Part shown: piece after piece, positions 1 to 12,041 of the stretch
Numbering within the stretch: the first letter of the stretch is position 1
How the letters are laid out: the number at the start of each line of letters is the position of its first letter
DNA from: Octopus sinensis
Taxonomy: Eukaryota
Direction: 5' to 3'
Assembly (NCBI RefSeq): GCF_006345805.1
Contig: NC_043017.1
Span: 2,170,001-2,234,000, forward strand
Length of the DNA: 64,000 bases
Program-made: the position numbers and the translations under genes
Notes under the pieces: model-generated
Seen by the model: the letters and a program-made list of their open reading frames with translations, nothing else
Told to the model about the DNA's origin: nothing
Databases searched by the model: none

Positions 1-495
1 CAAGGTTTCGAAGTGTTAACAAAACAAAGCGTGGTGCTTTAATGGCAAACAGTTCACTACATATTAGCTTCTATGAGAATAAAAAAATAATAAACGAAAT
101 GAAATCCGAAAGACTTTACAAGGAGATTAAGAAAATGGCAATTCGTTTACTAAACTACTCCAACTAAAGTAGATAGATTCTTTCTTTGAATTTATAGTGA
201 ATACTGAATCTCCTCCAGCAGAAATGTCTTACATTCAAATAGTTTATGAAAAAAATGTTGCGCGTTGTTCTTGAAGAATACACAATACACCTGAACAAAT
301 TAAGCACCAGGTGAGAAGAGTTTATCTCAGCACTTATAACCTTATCGTCAGATGTTCTTCTCCTCCTCACTAGACTTTTGATAATGTGATTATCAAAGCG
401 TTGTTGCATTCTATAAGGATGTATCTATCTATATATGCATACATACATACACACACTCACACGCGTATCGCACACACGCAAAAATACGCACATAT

Positions 496-509
496 ATGTT
501 ATGTATGTA

Positions 510-549
<40 letters not shown>

Positions 550-659
550 ATATATATATATATAATATATTATATATATATAGTATGTATATATATATAT
601 ATATATTATATATATATATGTATGTATATATTATATATATATTATATATATATAGTATG

Positions 660-691
<32 letters not shown>

Positions 692-820
692 ATGTATATA
701 TATATATATTATATATATATATATATTATATATAATATATTATATATATGTATATATATATTATATATATATATGTATATATATATATTATATATATATA
801 TGTATATATATATATATTAT

Positions 821-853
<33 letters not shown>

Positions 854-876
854 ATGTATATATATATATATTATAT

Positions 877-907
<31 letters not shown>

Positions 908-950
908 ATATATGTATATATATTATATATATATATATATATAATAAGCA
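496..950. repeat. Long imperfect (TA)n microsatellite
   Basis: Continuous TA dinucleotide with scattered TT/AA/TG interruptions; the IY-repeat ORFs here are artefacts. Confidence 0.95.
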
Positions 951-974
951 TATGTATGTGCGGTTATAGTATAT

Positions 975-1052
975 AAAGAGATAGATAAATAGATAGACAG
1001 ACAAATAGACAGACACGTCAATAGATGGTTAGATAGATCGATTGATCGATCG

Positions 1053-1084
<32 letters not shown>

Positions 1085-1090
1085 AGAGTC
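975..1090. repeat. (GATA)n/(GACA)n microsatellite
   Basis: Visible agat/agac tetramer run. Confidence 0.9.
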
Positions 1091-1269
1091 ATTTATGTAC
1101 TACCATTGATACGTATTCGTGTTGTATGTATACATATATGTATGTATATATTTTTACTATGTATGAGTGTGTGTTTAATAATCTATGTATGTTTGGACGT
1201 ACGAAACATAATCATAATCTCTTTCTTCTGATATTACGCCTTACAACATGTACTCACAGCATCCTTTTA

Positions 1270-1800
1270 GTGGCGTGTGAATATTGGGCATGAAGATATA
1301 TTCATTACGACTGAAGAACACTCAGGCGGATTCACGTGGTCTCACTTTGATCCTATATTCTACCACTACCAACTCTTACCTTTCCTCGACGGACACTACC
1401 TCTCCATTGGATTTTGTTTACCTCTAAGGACACCTACCCTCTGGCTGCACCTTTCCTACACGGATCAAAGTTACTTTGTTATTGATGTGAAATCATTGAA
1501 ATACCCCACGACGTCTACAAACTTTTGAACTGTTCGTAAAAACTGTCCCTTTCGTTTTCACTTTATTTTTTTTCTTATTTTTCTCATATATTATTTTTTT
1601 ACATTCATTTCATGATCGTTAGCTCCTATACGCATTTTTTTTTCTCTCCTTGTTTTTTTCTGTGTATCTTTCTGTCGAACAGCGTAGGCTCGAAACGTAA
1701 AAGACTTTTTCTATTCCTGAGCGTTATACTAATACGTCTGTTTGTTTGTACTCCACCTGCCTTCGTCTTTTGTTTATTTTCGTAAACTTTCCCTTTATAT
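1270..1800 (+). mobile_element. Decayed Penelope-like element 3' end (possible GIY-YIG remnant plus hammerhead-bearing terminal repeat)
   Basis: 1627-1795 is homologous to 18803-18981 (opposite strand) and carries CTGTCGA-stem-GAAACGTA. Upstream 1280-1450 gives frameshifted IG..RL(K)EH..SHF..HWI, resembling PLE endonuclease ends (weak). Confidence 0.45.
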
Positions 1801-1949
1801 ATACACATACATACACAATGGACTTTCCTGTCGTTGGACGACCTATGAGGGTTCGACAGTTTCTTACCGAACAAATACAGAGATGATTTGTTTAAAGAAA
1901 TCAACAGTTTGTATAGACATAAGTTCTCTCCCTCCATCAAATCGATATT

Positions 1950-2115
1950 ACCTGTACAGGTGCAACGGTTGCCACATGTCAGACGTGGAAATGATCGTAG
2001 AGCAACGTGAAATGAAGTGCTTTGCTGAAGAACACGACGCAACGCCCGGTATGGGAATCGAACCCACGATCTCGCAATCGTGAGTGCAACACCCTAACCA
2101 CTAAGCTATGCGCAT
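1950..2115 (-). mobile_element. tRNA-derived SINE-D
   Basis: Minus strand: A box TAGCTTAGTGG, B box GGTTCGATTCC, then body gtgttcttcagcaaagcacttcatttcacgttgct shared with 26097-26342 and 33029-33368. Confidence 0.85.
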
Positions 2116-3090
2116 TCAACACACACACACACACACACACAACACACACACACATACACATATTGTTTTAGGAAATGTGAGAAGCAATATCAGTGACGTC
2201 GTGTCTTCGCTGAAAGCATTCAACATGGAGTATTGAGTTCTATTTCTCGCGTCTATCGAAAGAACTCTGCGTGTGTCTAATCCTAGCCATACATTTGCAA
2301 CTACAAGCATGTATACATATATGTGTGTGTATATATATGAATGCATTTGTATGTGTGTGTCCGTGTGTGTGTGTATGTGTGCATTTATGTGTGAATGTGT
2401 GGATGTGAACACAGACATGTGCGTGCATAAGTGTGTCTGTACGCATATAAAGTCGATAAGTCGCGGAAATTGCAAAAGAAATGGTGTGCAAGGATATGTG
2501 ACGAGAGAATGAAGCTTCCAAGTTTTGTGACATTCTCTGCACTGAAAAGAGTCGCAGTTCCATGTTCTAAGCTACAAGTCATCACAGAGGTTTCGTTTCC
2601 TTTCTCGTCAGTTCTCCTCACCTTCTATCTAATACTTTCTCTTATAATTTAACAAGTTTTATATATAGATTCCTTTTATAATGCCACTGGCTTGAATACT
2701 TCGAATTAAAACGGTTCATTAATTTATTGGTGATGTAGATGGAAAATACGCATGATCACACGAGAAGACTATCGTGAGATGCATATATGCATGCATGTGT
2801 GTGTATGTGTGTGCATGTGGATTTATGTGTGTTTGTGTGTGTGTGTGTATGTGTGTGCGTGTGTGTCTGTATGATATTGTGGAATATTTTGGGGTCCATT
2901 TTAGTGATACACGTCATGTATAATTTTAGAAATGTGTAGTATTTTGCCCGCTAATGTTTTCTCCTATTAATAATCTATTTCTTGTGCTTTTTAATTACTG
3001 GTATTCTACGTGGTCGACACATAAGCTGAAAATAATAGCAATACTATATATATATATATAATATATATATATATAGAGAGAGAGAGAGAC

Positions 3091-3236
3091 ACTTGCCCAT
3101 GGTGCCACGCAGCGGTTCAGCAAGAGACCGATAGAATAAGTACTAGGCTTACAAAGAATAAGTCCTGGGGGCGATTTGCTTGACTAAAGGCGTTGCCCCA
3201 GTATGGCCGCAGTCAAATGACTGAAACAAATAAAAA
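3091..3236 (+). mobile_element. SINE-A, internally deleted / 3' fragment
   Basis: acttgcccatggtgccacgcagcggttc joined to gagaccgatagaataagtactagg...cagtcaaatgactgaaac. Confidence 0.85.
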
Positions 3237-3249
3237 AAATATATATATA

Positions 3250-3627
3250 GGTACAGGCGTGGCTGTGTGGTAAGAAACTTGCTTCCCAACCACATTGTTC
3301 TGAGTTCAGTCCCACTGAGTGGCAATTTGGGCAAGTGACTTCTATAATATTCTCGGGCCGCACAGAGTTTGTGAATGGATTTGGTAGACGGAAACTGAAA
3401 CAAGCCTGTCGTATATGTGTGTATGTATGTTTGCGTGTTTGTGTCTGTGTTTATCCCCACACCCAGTATTGCTTAACAATCGATGTTGGAGCGTCTACAT
3501 CCCCGTCACTTAGCTGTTCGGCTTGCAGAAAATAAGCTCGGGAGGTCGATTTCTTCGACTAAGAGGTGGTGCCCCAGCATGGCCGCAATCAATATGGCTC
3601 AAACAAGTAAAAGAATAAAAGAATAAA
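3250..3627 (+). mobile_element. SINE-A, near full length
   Basis: Head gtggctgtgtggtaag...gagttcagtccc, body gtgaatggatttggtagacggaaactg, central TG/TA tract, tail ggtgccccagcatggccgc plus (taaaagaa)n. Confidence 0.9.
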
Positions 3628-3646
3628 ATGTATATATATATATATG

Positions 3647-3724
<78 letters not shown>

Positions 3725-3988
3725 ATATACATACATACATACATAGACATAGATAGATACATACATACATACATTCACTAGATGGATAGATAGAGAAGAC
3801 AGGAAATATATGTATGCATGTATGTATATAAGTGTGTAGGCATGTATACGAATATATAAACATAACGTTTGTGTGTTTATTTTCGTGTCTTCTTGTGTGA
3901 GCACACGCGCGTATATATATAACAACCTTTCGGACTAAACCACTACTATCTGAGCAGAACATATCTTCTGTCTTAATCTACGAATACC

Positions 3989-4220
3989 TATTTATTTACT
4001 ACCCACAAGGGGCTAAACACAGAGAGAACAAACAAGGACAGACAAACGGATTAAGTCGATTATATTGACACCAGTGCGTAAGTGGTACTTAATTTATCGA
4101 CCCCGAAAGGATGAAAGGCAAAGTCGACCTCGGCGGAATTTGAACTCAGAACGTAACAGCAGAAGAAATACGGCTACGCATTTCGCTCGGCTTGCTAACG
4201 TTTCTGCCAGCTCGCCGCCT
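3989..4220 (-). mobile_element. SINE-B (Twin-like), head plus one unit, flanked by a 13-bp direct repeat
   Basis: Minus strand aggcggcgagctggcagaaacgttag...gagttcaaattccgccgaggtcgac; ATCTACGAATACC at 3976-3988 and 4225-4237. Confidence 0.9.
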
Positions 4221-4829
4221 TTTGATCTACGAATACCAACCGACAATTACTCCACTCCATTATGCTACCATTTTCCTTCAGTACATGTCCACTCCTCTAC
4301 AAGTCTCCTATCTAAAGAGAAGCACAATATTAATAACAAAACAATACCAGTTCCATAAACTTTCAAAATGAGCTTCGACTGCTATGAATTCTAATACTTC
4401 TAATCGGAGTGTGGCTGCTTGTTATTTACGTGAGCAATCATCTGTGTGTCCTTGTCGACGGTTATGTATATGCGAATATAAGCATGTCTGTCTATGTGTG
4501 TTTGTGTTCTTCTCTATATGTGTGTTTCTGTGTCTATACATTTCTTAGTATATGCGTGTTATTTTTTTTTTTGCGTGCGTTTGTGTTCAAATTGATATCG
4601 ACTGTGACTGCCTGAAGGCATTGAACTTGTATGAAAGTACCAAAGTCACGATTTGTTAGCAATTCGCTGTTTTAATTTCCCGTCTCCTCTTCTCATTTTT
4701 ATGTACCATTGTTGGCAAGTTTTATAATTCTATCACACGCTAAAATTGCTGTGACGTTGCCCGTCTCTTCCAACACATTAAAAATCCGATGTACATTATT
4801 ACAACACGATGTTTCACCTTTCAAATATC

Positions 4830-5400
4830 ACCGTCAGCATCAGCAGTAGCAGCAGCAGCAGCAGAAGCAGCAGCATCACTATCATGTGGTCTTCGTAGTT
4901 GTCTACACCGCCGCCGTCTTCGCCTTCGTTGTCGTCAATGTCGTAATCGTCGTCATTCTACTTCACGTCCACTTCCTCCTTATCGTCACCACCACGACCA
5001 CCAGCACCAGCACCGCCGCCACCACCACCATCATCATCATCATCATCATCATCAAAATTATCATTATCATCATCATCATCATCATCATTATCATCTCCAC
5101 CACGCCGGCCGCCACTATCAACCTCGCCGTCAGAACCACCACCAAAGCAATCGTCGTCATTATCTGTCGTCGTCTCTTCATCGAACGTCATCTTCAATCT
5201 AATTATCTCCACAATAATTAGCTCCACCATCGCCAACAACATCGCCAGCATCACTACCTTCAACATCAAATACGGCATCACCAATGGCGGTAACGTCAAC
5301 AACGTCAACGTCAGTCTCCCAACATCACCGTCAGTATCACCACCACCACCAGCTCCGCCTCCTTCTCCACATCCAATGCCAACATGGATACCATCATGAT
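4830..5400. repeat. Compound trinucleotide low-complexity tract (GCA/CGT/CAC/CAT)
   Basis: Successive degenerate triplet runs; all frames give homopolymeric peptides. Confidence 0.85.
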
Positions 5401-5654
5401 CAAACAACTACCATTCTAAGTTCTATTCACATCAGAAAAGAGAAACACTTTCAAAGCAGCACTAATCTTATATCAGATATAAAAACTCTGATTCACTAGG
5501 TAGATAACATATTCGAAAATTACCAAGAGACGACACTTCGCGAGAATCTCAGACGTTCAAAATAAATAAGTGGCCACACTGAGCACATTTTATAATAAAT
5601 ATACACACAAGTACAGTTCTTTATTTAAGAGAGGAGGAATTATGAACATTATTT

Positions 5655-5945
5655 ATATTATTTACATTTGACGGATATTTGTACTCATTTTGCTTGTTGT
5701 TAACAGAACGTTTCGGCTGATTTACCCTCCAGCTTTCATCAAGGTTCTCATTCCTATGGTATGTTTCGATGTTATTATTATTTTTTTATTTTTTATTTAT
5801 TGCTTTTTTTATTACCTTAGGAATGAGAACCCAGGTTCGAAATTTCCCCAAGATACCTGATGAAGGCTGGAGGGTATATCAACCGAAACGTTGTGTTAAC
5901 AACAAACAAGATGAGGTCAGATATCCGTCAAATGTAAATAACATA
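5655..5945. mobile_element. Inverted pair of Penelope-like terminal repeats
   Basis: 5655-5754 is the reverse complement of 5820-5945 apart from one internal deletion; both arms contain TGATGA-a(a/g)gctggagggta(a/t)atca(g/a)cc-GAAACGTT. Confidence 0.8.
5851..5896 (+). ncRNA. Minimal type I hammerhead ribozyme motif
   Basis: CTGATGA 5857-5863; stem II GGCTG/CAACC (CAGCC in the sister arm); GAAA 5885-5888; palindromic AACGTT at helix III; stem I GATAC/GTGTT with G-U pairs. Confidence 0.7.
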
Positions 5946-5959
5946 CACACAAGAGCTGA

Positions 5960-7200
5960 TATTTTTCAGCCGTTCCTCCAGATTACACTACCTAGTAAAA
6001 TGGCTGTAACCCTTTCATTAAAACAAACGTGGTTAGAGTCTTCAACAGACACAACACCTGTGGATTTCAAATAGCATACAGAGCAAAGAGAGTTTAAGCA
6101 ATATCATAGTAACTAAACTTCCTATATTCTAAATAATCTTGTCTAACACGCACGCGTACGTCGCAAAGACAGCAACAACAGTAGAGGTGCAATGACCCAA
6201 TGGTTAGGGCAGCGGACACGCGGTCGGAGGATCGCAGTTTCGATACCCAGACCGAGCGTAGTGTGTGTTTATTGAGCGAAAACACCTAAAGCTCCACGAG
6301 GCTCCGGCAGTGGGTGGTGGTGACCCCTGTTTTACTCTTTCGCTCCAACTTTCTCTCACTCTTTCTTCCTGTTTCTTGTCCCCGACTTCCTACGCAACCG
6401 CTGAGCCTGGATGCGCATTCATCCACCTGTTGATGCTCTCGCTGTCCGGGGTTGACCTGCTTTTTCTTCTGCGGGTCTTACGAATAGCAAAGGACCACGT
6501 TTCGGACTTCTCCCACCAGGACGAAGACCGCTTCGCTCAACAAACAAATAAACAAAGAAACAGCAACCACAACCCTTCCTCAGACACCGCTTTCTGTTTC
6601 CCACAACTAGGATCATACTACTTGGCATCCGATTCACCTGACTTTATGGGAATTGTCCATCAAATATCATCGTAACGACCATCATTGAGCACATCAATGA
6701 AGAACACAAGAACACTCTTCAGAAACAGAATTGAGATTTTTAGAATAAAACCTCTCGATGATTACCAACGTAGACATTGCGATAGATGTATTTAAAATAT
6801 TATTATAAGCACATCAAAAACATATTCCCAAAGGTGACATAAAACACACAATCCCAATTAGACACCATAAATAGCTAAAATAATAAAAGACAAACCAGAA
6901 AAACCAAAAAGAACACAAAAAGAACACAGAAAGCACACACGCCAGAGATATAATTCACCATCAAACAACTGAAGAAGGAAATGGACATACAATAGAACTT
7001 CAAAAAAATCACAGAAAAATGGCAACCATTTATATCCAACATAAAACAAGAACAATACCAGTTAAAAACACAAGTTCGAGTAATTAACATCATCAAGAAA
7101 AACAATGACCACAACAGAAACGATTTCAAAATGACAATCACAAAAACTAAACCCTCTTCATTACACACACAAACCACGCTCATCAAATATATTTCGAAAA
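5960..7200 (+). mobile_element. Heavily decayed non-LTR (Jockey/I-like) ORF2 remnant, interrupted by SINE-C
   Basis: Broken translations SLKQTWL (ETWL-like), QKQN(W)DF and AHQKHIPKGDIKHTIP resemble APE end and EN-RT linker motifs; many stops. Confidence 0.4.
6184..6562 (+). mobile_element. SINE-C with tail type iii ending in (AAAC)n
   Basis: Head gaggtgcaatgacccaatggttagggcagcgg...gtttcgataccc; body aaacacctaaagctccacgaggctccggcag; tail 6378-6562 not shared with other copies. Confidence 0.85.
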
Positions 7201-7236
7201 TCAACCGCAAAATACACACACAAACATATACATGTT

Positions 7237-7310
<74 letters not shown>

Positions 7311-7311
7311 C

Positions 7312-7712
7312 GGCGGCGAGCTGACAGAAACGTTAGCGCGCCGGGTGAAATGCGTAGCTGTATTTCGTCTGCCGTTACGTACTGAGTTCAAATTCTATCG
7401 AGGTCGACTTTGCCGTTCATCCTTTCGGGGTCGATAAATTAAGTACCAGTTACGCACTGGTATCGATGAAATCGATTTAATCCGTTTGTCTGTCCTTGTC
7501 TGTCCCCACTGTGTTTAGCCCCTTGTGGGTAGTAAAGAACTAGGTATTTCGACTGTCTTTACGTTCTGAGTTCAAATTCCGCCGATGTCGACTTCACATT
7601 TAATCCTTTCGGGGTCGATAAATTAAGTACCAGTTGCGGACTGGGTTTGATCTAATCGACTGGTCCCCTTCCCCAAAATTGCGGGCCTTGCGCCTAGAGT
7701 AGAAAAGAATAA
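7312..7712 (+). mobile_element. SINE-B (Twin-like), full two-unit form
   Basis: Head, two copies of gtatttcg...gagttcaaattc...cctttcggggtcgataaattaagtaccag, tail ccttgcgcctagagtagaaaagaa. Confidence 0.92.
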
Positions 7713-7879
7713 TGATGATAAACACATACACACACACACCCATACATACTCACATGTATGCGTTGTGTGTATGCGACTGTTTCTTTCTTTCTTTTTTTAT
7801 TTTTTCAATTGTTTGAGTGTTTCTCTCTCCCTTTAAGTACTTTTGGGTTTTACTAATATTTTGCTCTCGCATAACTTTA

Positions 7880-8060
7880 GCGCATCGGTCAAAATACTTT
7901 ACGGAATTTCTTCAGGCTCCACATTCTTACTGTAAATTCCTTTGTGGTCGACTTTTGACTTTCATCGCTTCGACAGAGATAAGATAAGTACCAGTGGATT
8001 ACTGGTGTTGAGGAAATACTAATACAACCGTCCTCTTACAAATTTCAGGATGCTGAACTT
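7880..8060 (+). mobile_element. Old diverged SINE-B relative
   Basis: Residual ggtcgacttttgactttcatc...gataagtaccagtggattactgg similarity. Confidence 0.5.
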
Positions 8061-8524
8061 ACGATAAGTGAAGACATGTTACAAACAAACACAGAAAACA
8101 TAATAACAATCCGGATACTTATTGACCAGACCTCGTGTATACGAACGCTCACATTACTCGCTTTCAGACACCGTAACTACTTCCATTTTGTATGTGCTTC
8201 GTCTCTCTCCCCCTCTCTCTCTTTCTCTCTATCGCTCACACACACTCTCTTTCTCTTTATTTCTCTCTCTCTCTAACTTCATGCAGTAATGCATTAAAGA
8301 AACTTCAAACGACAGCCCAGGCATCTAAGTAATCAACATGAGAGAGAATTTCAATTCTTTTAAATTATATATATTTTGCATAGAATTGTACCTAGATTCG
8401 CAGGAATTTTCTCAAAATGACCACATTTTATTCACGAAGATTTACATTATAATACTACATTCCAACTTCATCTTCAAATATTTTTTGTAAGATTAAATAA
8501 TTTTCCTATACATATATATGTATG

Positions 8525-8571
<47 letters not shown>

Positions 8572-9439
8572 CATATTCATACATACGCACAACTACACTC
8601 AGAGATTATATACTCGTACATATATAAGTATATATAAGTGTGCGTGTATGTATTTATGTTTATGTATGTTTCTTGTTATTTGTTTTTTCTCATTTTATTT
8701 ATTTATTATTTTTTTTACTCATATTAACCTGTATCACGCTTTCAAATTCAAATACGGGTAGAATTACTAGTTGATTTACATGTGTTCTACCCTACCTGAC
8801 TATTTAAACAAATTTTAAATGTCTTAGCATCTCTAAAGAAACAATGGATTTGCAACTTGTCGCCACTGAAAGCAGCTTTACTTTTTCCTTATTTACACAT
8901 TTGAATATATTAAGGATGTATAAACTCACTTAACACCTTTAAAGAATAATGTTGAAAAAACAATAGTTGGAATTCATGTGATTTTCTTGAAAATAAGTTG
9001 GAAATTGAATCAATTGTTTCACCGTTTCTAATTTCTTTGTTTTGTGATTGCATCTTGAGATACGAATTCTTGTGCAAATTATAGCGTTACGTTTTCTTTA
9101 GTGTTATGTATAAAAACAGAGTTGAGCAACAGAGGCCTGTATGTGGTGACGCGATGGCCTTAAATTGCTCTCAATTATGGTAAGCGATTCGTATAATGTA
9201 ATCTTAGATACAATATTACAGGGAGAAAAATATAATGGGATGGTCAGGAACTGGTTTCCAGGAAAATGTATGCTCAGTCGGAGATGTTGTGCGGTTCAAT
9301 AACTGCAAAAGAAAAATAATAATAATCTGTCAAGAGAGATAATGTGTATTTATTAAAAGAAAGAGGACATATTTTGAACAAGCAACGATGTAGGTGAGTT
9401 AAAAAAAACATTTTAAAATCATATATATCCACATGGGGA

Positions 9440-9635
9440 TTGTTGGTGATTTTTTTTCGTCCGTCTTCCTTTTCTCTCGGAAATTCCTCCGTCTCCTGTT
9501 TCTGACGAAGAGCTTTGCTCGAAACGTGAAACTAGCTTTCTTTCCTTCCTTCAGCGTCTACTAATACTTTGCATGAAACACGTCCTCATGTTGTTGTTTT
9601 TTTTGTGTTTGTTCTTCGTTGTCTTTTGGGGGGAT
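9440..9635 (+). mobile_element. Penelope-like terminal fragment with hammerhead motif
   Basis: gttt-CTGACGA-agagc-ttt-gctc-GAAA-cgtg-aaac at 9498-9532, followed by gagcgt..ctaatac-like sequence related to 1700-1735. Confidence 0.6.
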
Positions 9636-9651
9636 TTACTATATATATATA

Positions 9652-9711
<60 letters not shown>

Positions 9712-9712
9712 T

Positions 9713-9756
<44 letters not shown>

Positions 9757-9758
<2 letters not shown>

Positions 9759-10178
9759 CGCAGGAGTGGCTGTGTCGCAAGAAGCTTGCTTCCCAATCAC
9801 ATGGTTCCGGTTCAGTCGTCTCACTGCACGGTTCCTTGGGCAAGTGTCTTCTACTATAGTGTCGGGCCGACCAAATCCCTGGGAGTGGATTTCGTAGTGG
9901 GAAAATGAAAGAAGCCCGTCGTAAATATATATGTATTTATATATAATACATATGTGCATGTATATATTTGTTATTTGTGTCTGTGTTTGTTCTCCTGCCA
10001 TCAATTGACAACCGATGTTGGTGTGTTTACTTCCCTGTTTTTAGTGGTTCGGCAAAATATGACCAAAGGAATACCTACTAGGCTTATAAAGAATAAGCCC
10101 TGAGGTCAATTTGTTCGACTAAAGTTCGTGCTTCAGTATGGCCGTAGTCAAATGACTGAAACACGTAAAAGAATAAAA
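9757..10178 (+). mobile_element. SINE-A, full length, diverged
   Basis: ggcgcaggagtggctgtg head through tagtcaaatgactgaaac tail. Confidence 0.9.
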
Positions 10179-10190
10179 AAAATAGAAGAA

Positions 10191-10223
<33 letters not shown>

Positions 10224-10233
10224 TATATAAAGT

Positions 10234-10298
10234 GATAGATAGATATATAGCTAAATAGATAGATAGATAGATAGATATAGATAGATAGATAGATAGAC

Positions 10299-10359
<61 letters not shown>

Positions 10360-10388
10360 TATTGGTAGATAGGTAGATAGGTAGATAT

Positions 10389-10445
<57 letters not shown>
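10234..10445. repeat. (GATA)n microsatellite
   Basis: Direct reading. Confidence 0.95.
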
Positions 10446-10689
10446 GTATTGATGAAAGTAGGAAAAAATCCATTGTTAGGCAATAGAATCGACCTAATCA
10501 CTCGACATGCTTTTCAAAAACCGGGGAAAGATCAGCTCAGATGACGGAGCATATGCCGTTGGAGCACGTCGAAGTAGCCAAAGTTTGAGACGCGAAGAGC
10601 AAGGAATTTCGGGGTGAAAATTTATAGAAATTTCTTTAAACAGAAAGGCTCCTTGACTGTGAAAATTTTGAGACTGTGTTCTGTTAGCC

Positions 10690-10830
10690 AAGCGTTTTCA
10701 GACAGAAAATAATTTTGAATATAACTCAAGAGATGGTCATGGCTAGAAAGTCTTTTGTTCATAGGCCTGCCGTATCGAGGCTGGCATGGGTTAAACATCA
10801 CAAACGACAATTCAGTTGCTAATAGGTTGA
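10690..10830 (+). mobile_element. Possible Tc1-like transposase fragment
   Basis: Translates MARKSFVHRPAVSRLAWVKHHK, resembling the Tc1 ARKKP..RL.WAK.H segment; no flanking motifs recovered. Confidence 0.3.
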
Positions 10831-11073
10831 ATCTGTTCTTTGGATCATTGATGCATTGACTGATATTTATTATTACAACGAAAGCGAATAACTACACAGA
10901 CTATGACTGTAAAATATATTACGAAAGACGCGTTTATATTGTTTGCACTTATTTTACTACCAGAAGAAATGTTATACAAATCACCGCCATAGTAGATATG
11001 CCACAACAGAAGCAGAAAAAGCAGCCATTCTAGTATGCGTTGTTTGCTTTCGTTTGTACTACAATACATATGC

Positions 11074-11145
<72 letters not shown>

Positions 11146-11961
11146 ATATACATATGCATATATGTGTGTGTGTGTGTGTGTTGATATAAGAGACTTGTAT
11201 TGACTAAAACATCTGATAAATGATATGGAATCGACACTAGCATGGCCGATTATTCTGCTAATATGATCTGTAGTCGTCGGAAGTAGGATCAAAGGTAGAA
11301 CAGGAACATAAATTAATCAATCAAATTTACGTTCAATAGTTAGAGAATGACATAAAAATTGGTGAAGCACAATGCAAAGATTTATTGTGCTTGCGTAAAT
11401 AGTTTCCACCAACGATTAGTAAAGGACTTTGTGTATACAGTTACACATTAGGAATAGAATCAACGAAATAATAAATATTGAATATAGTGATTACAAACTA
11501 GCTATCATAATACTGTGCGAGAAATTTTCTTCATCACAGAACGTATTTGGACACAATATACGTCATCCTATCATAATAACGGATTACAAAAGCCTAGAAA
11601 CAAATGTCTCCCCAATAAATATCGTTTTATACTGTCGTCCATTCTCATTTACATAACTAGACTCCCCACTTTATTATCTATCATTCAACATTTTATACTC
11701 ATCGTTCAATATGATGCGTATATGTGTGTGTGTGTGTGTGTTTGTGCGTCTGTATGTTTATATCTAGGCAGATATATACATATATATGTGCGTATGTGTA
11801 TGTATATAAATATGCATACATATACATTTATGTGTGGATATATATTTGTATATATATATATGCATATATATATATGTATATAATTATATATATATATATA
11901 ATTATATCATATCATATGTACATACATTCATATATGTATATATGTGTGTATATAAACACAT

Positions 11962-12041
<80 letters not shown>

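Noticed and set aside
435-976. Numerous ORFs of IY/MYV/CV/LSIY/HT repeats here and throughout the window
   Set aside because: They are translations of (TA)n, (TG)n, (GATA)n and (TACA)n tracts that lack stop codons; no coding evidence.
4789-5407. His-rich and Asp/Gly-rich ORFs on both strands
   Set aside because: Open in several frames because of triplet microsatellites; no splice or domain support.
9121-9175. ~55-nt imperfect hairpin (pre-miRNA-like)
   Set aside because: Only two short helices with an 18-nt loop; too weak without small-RNA data.
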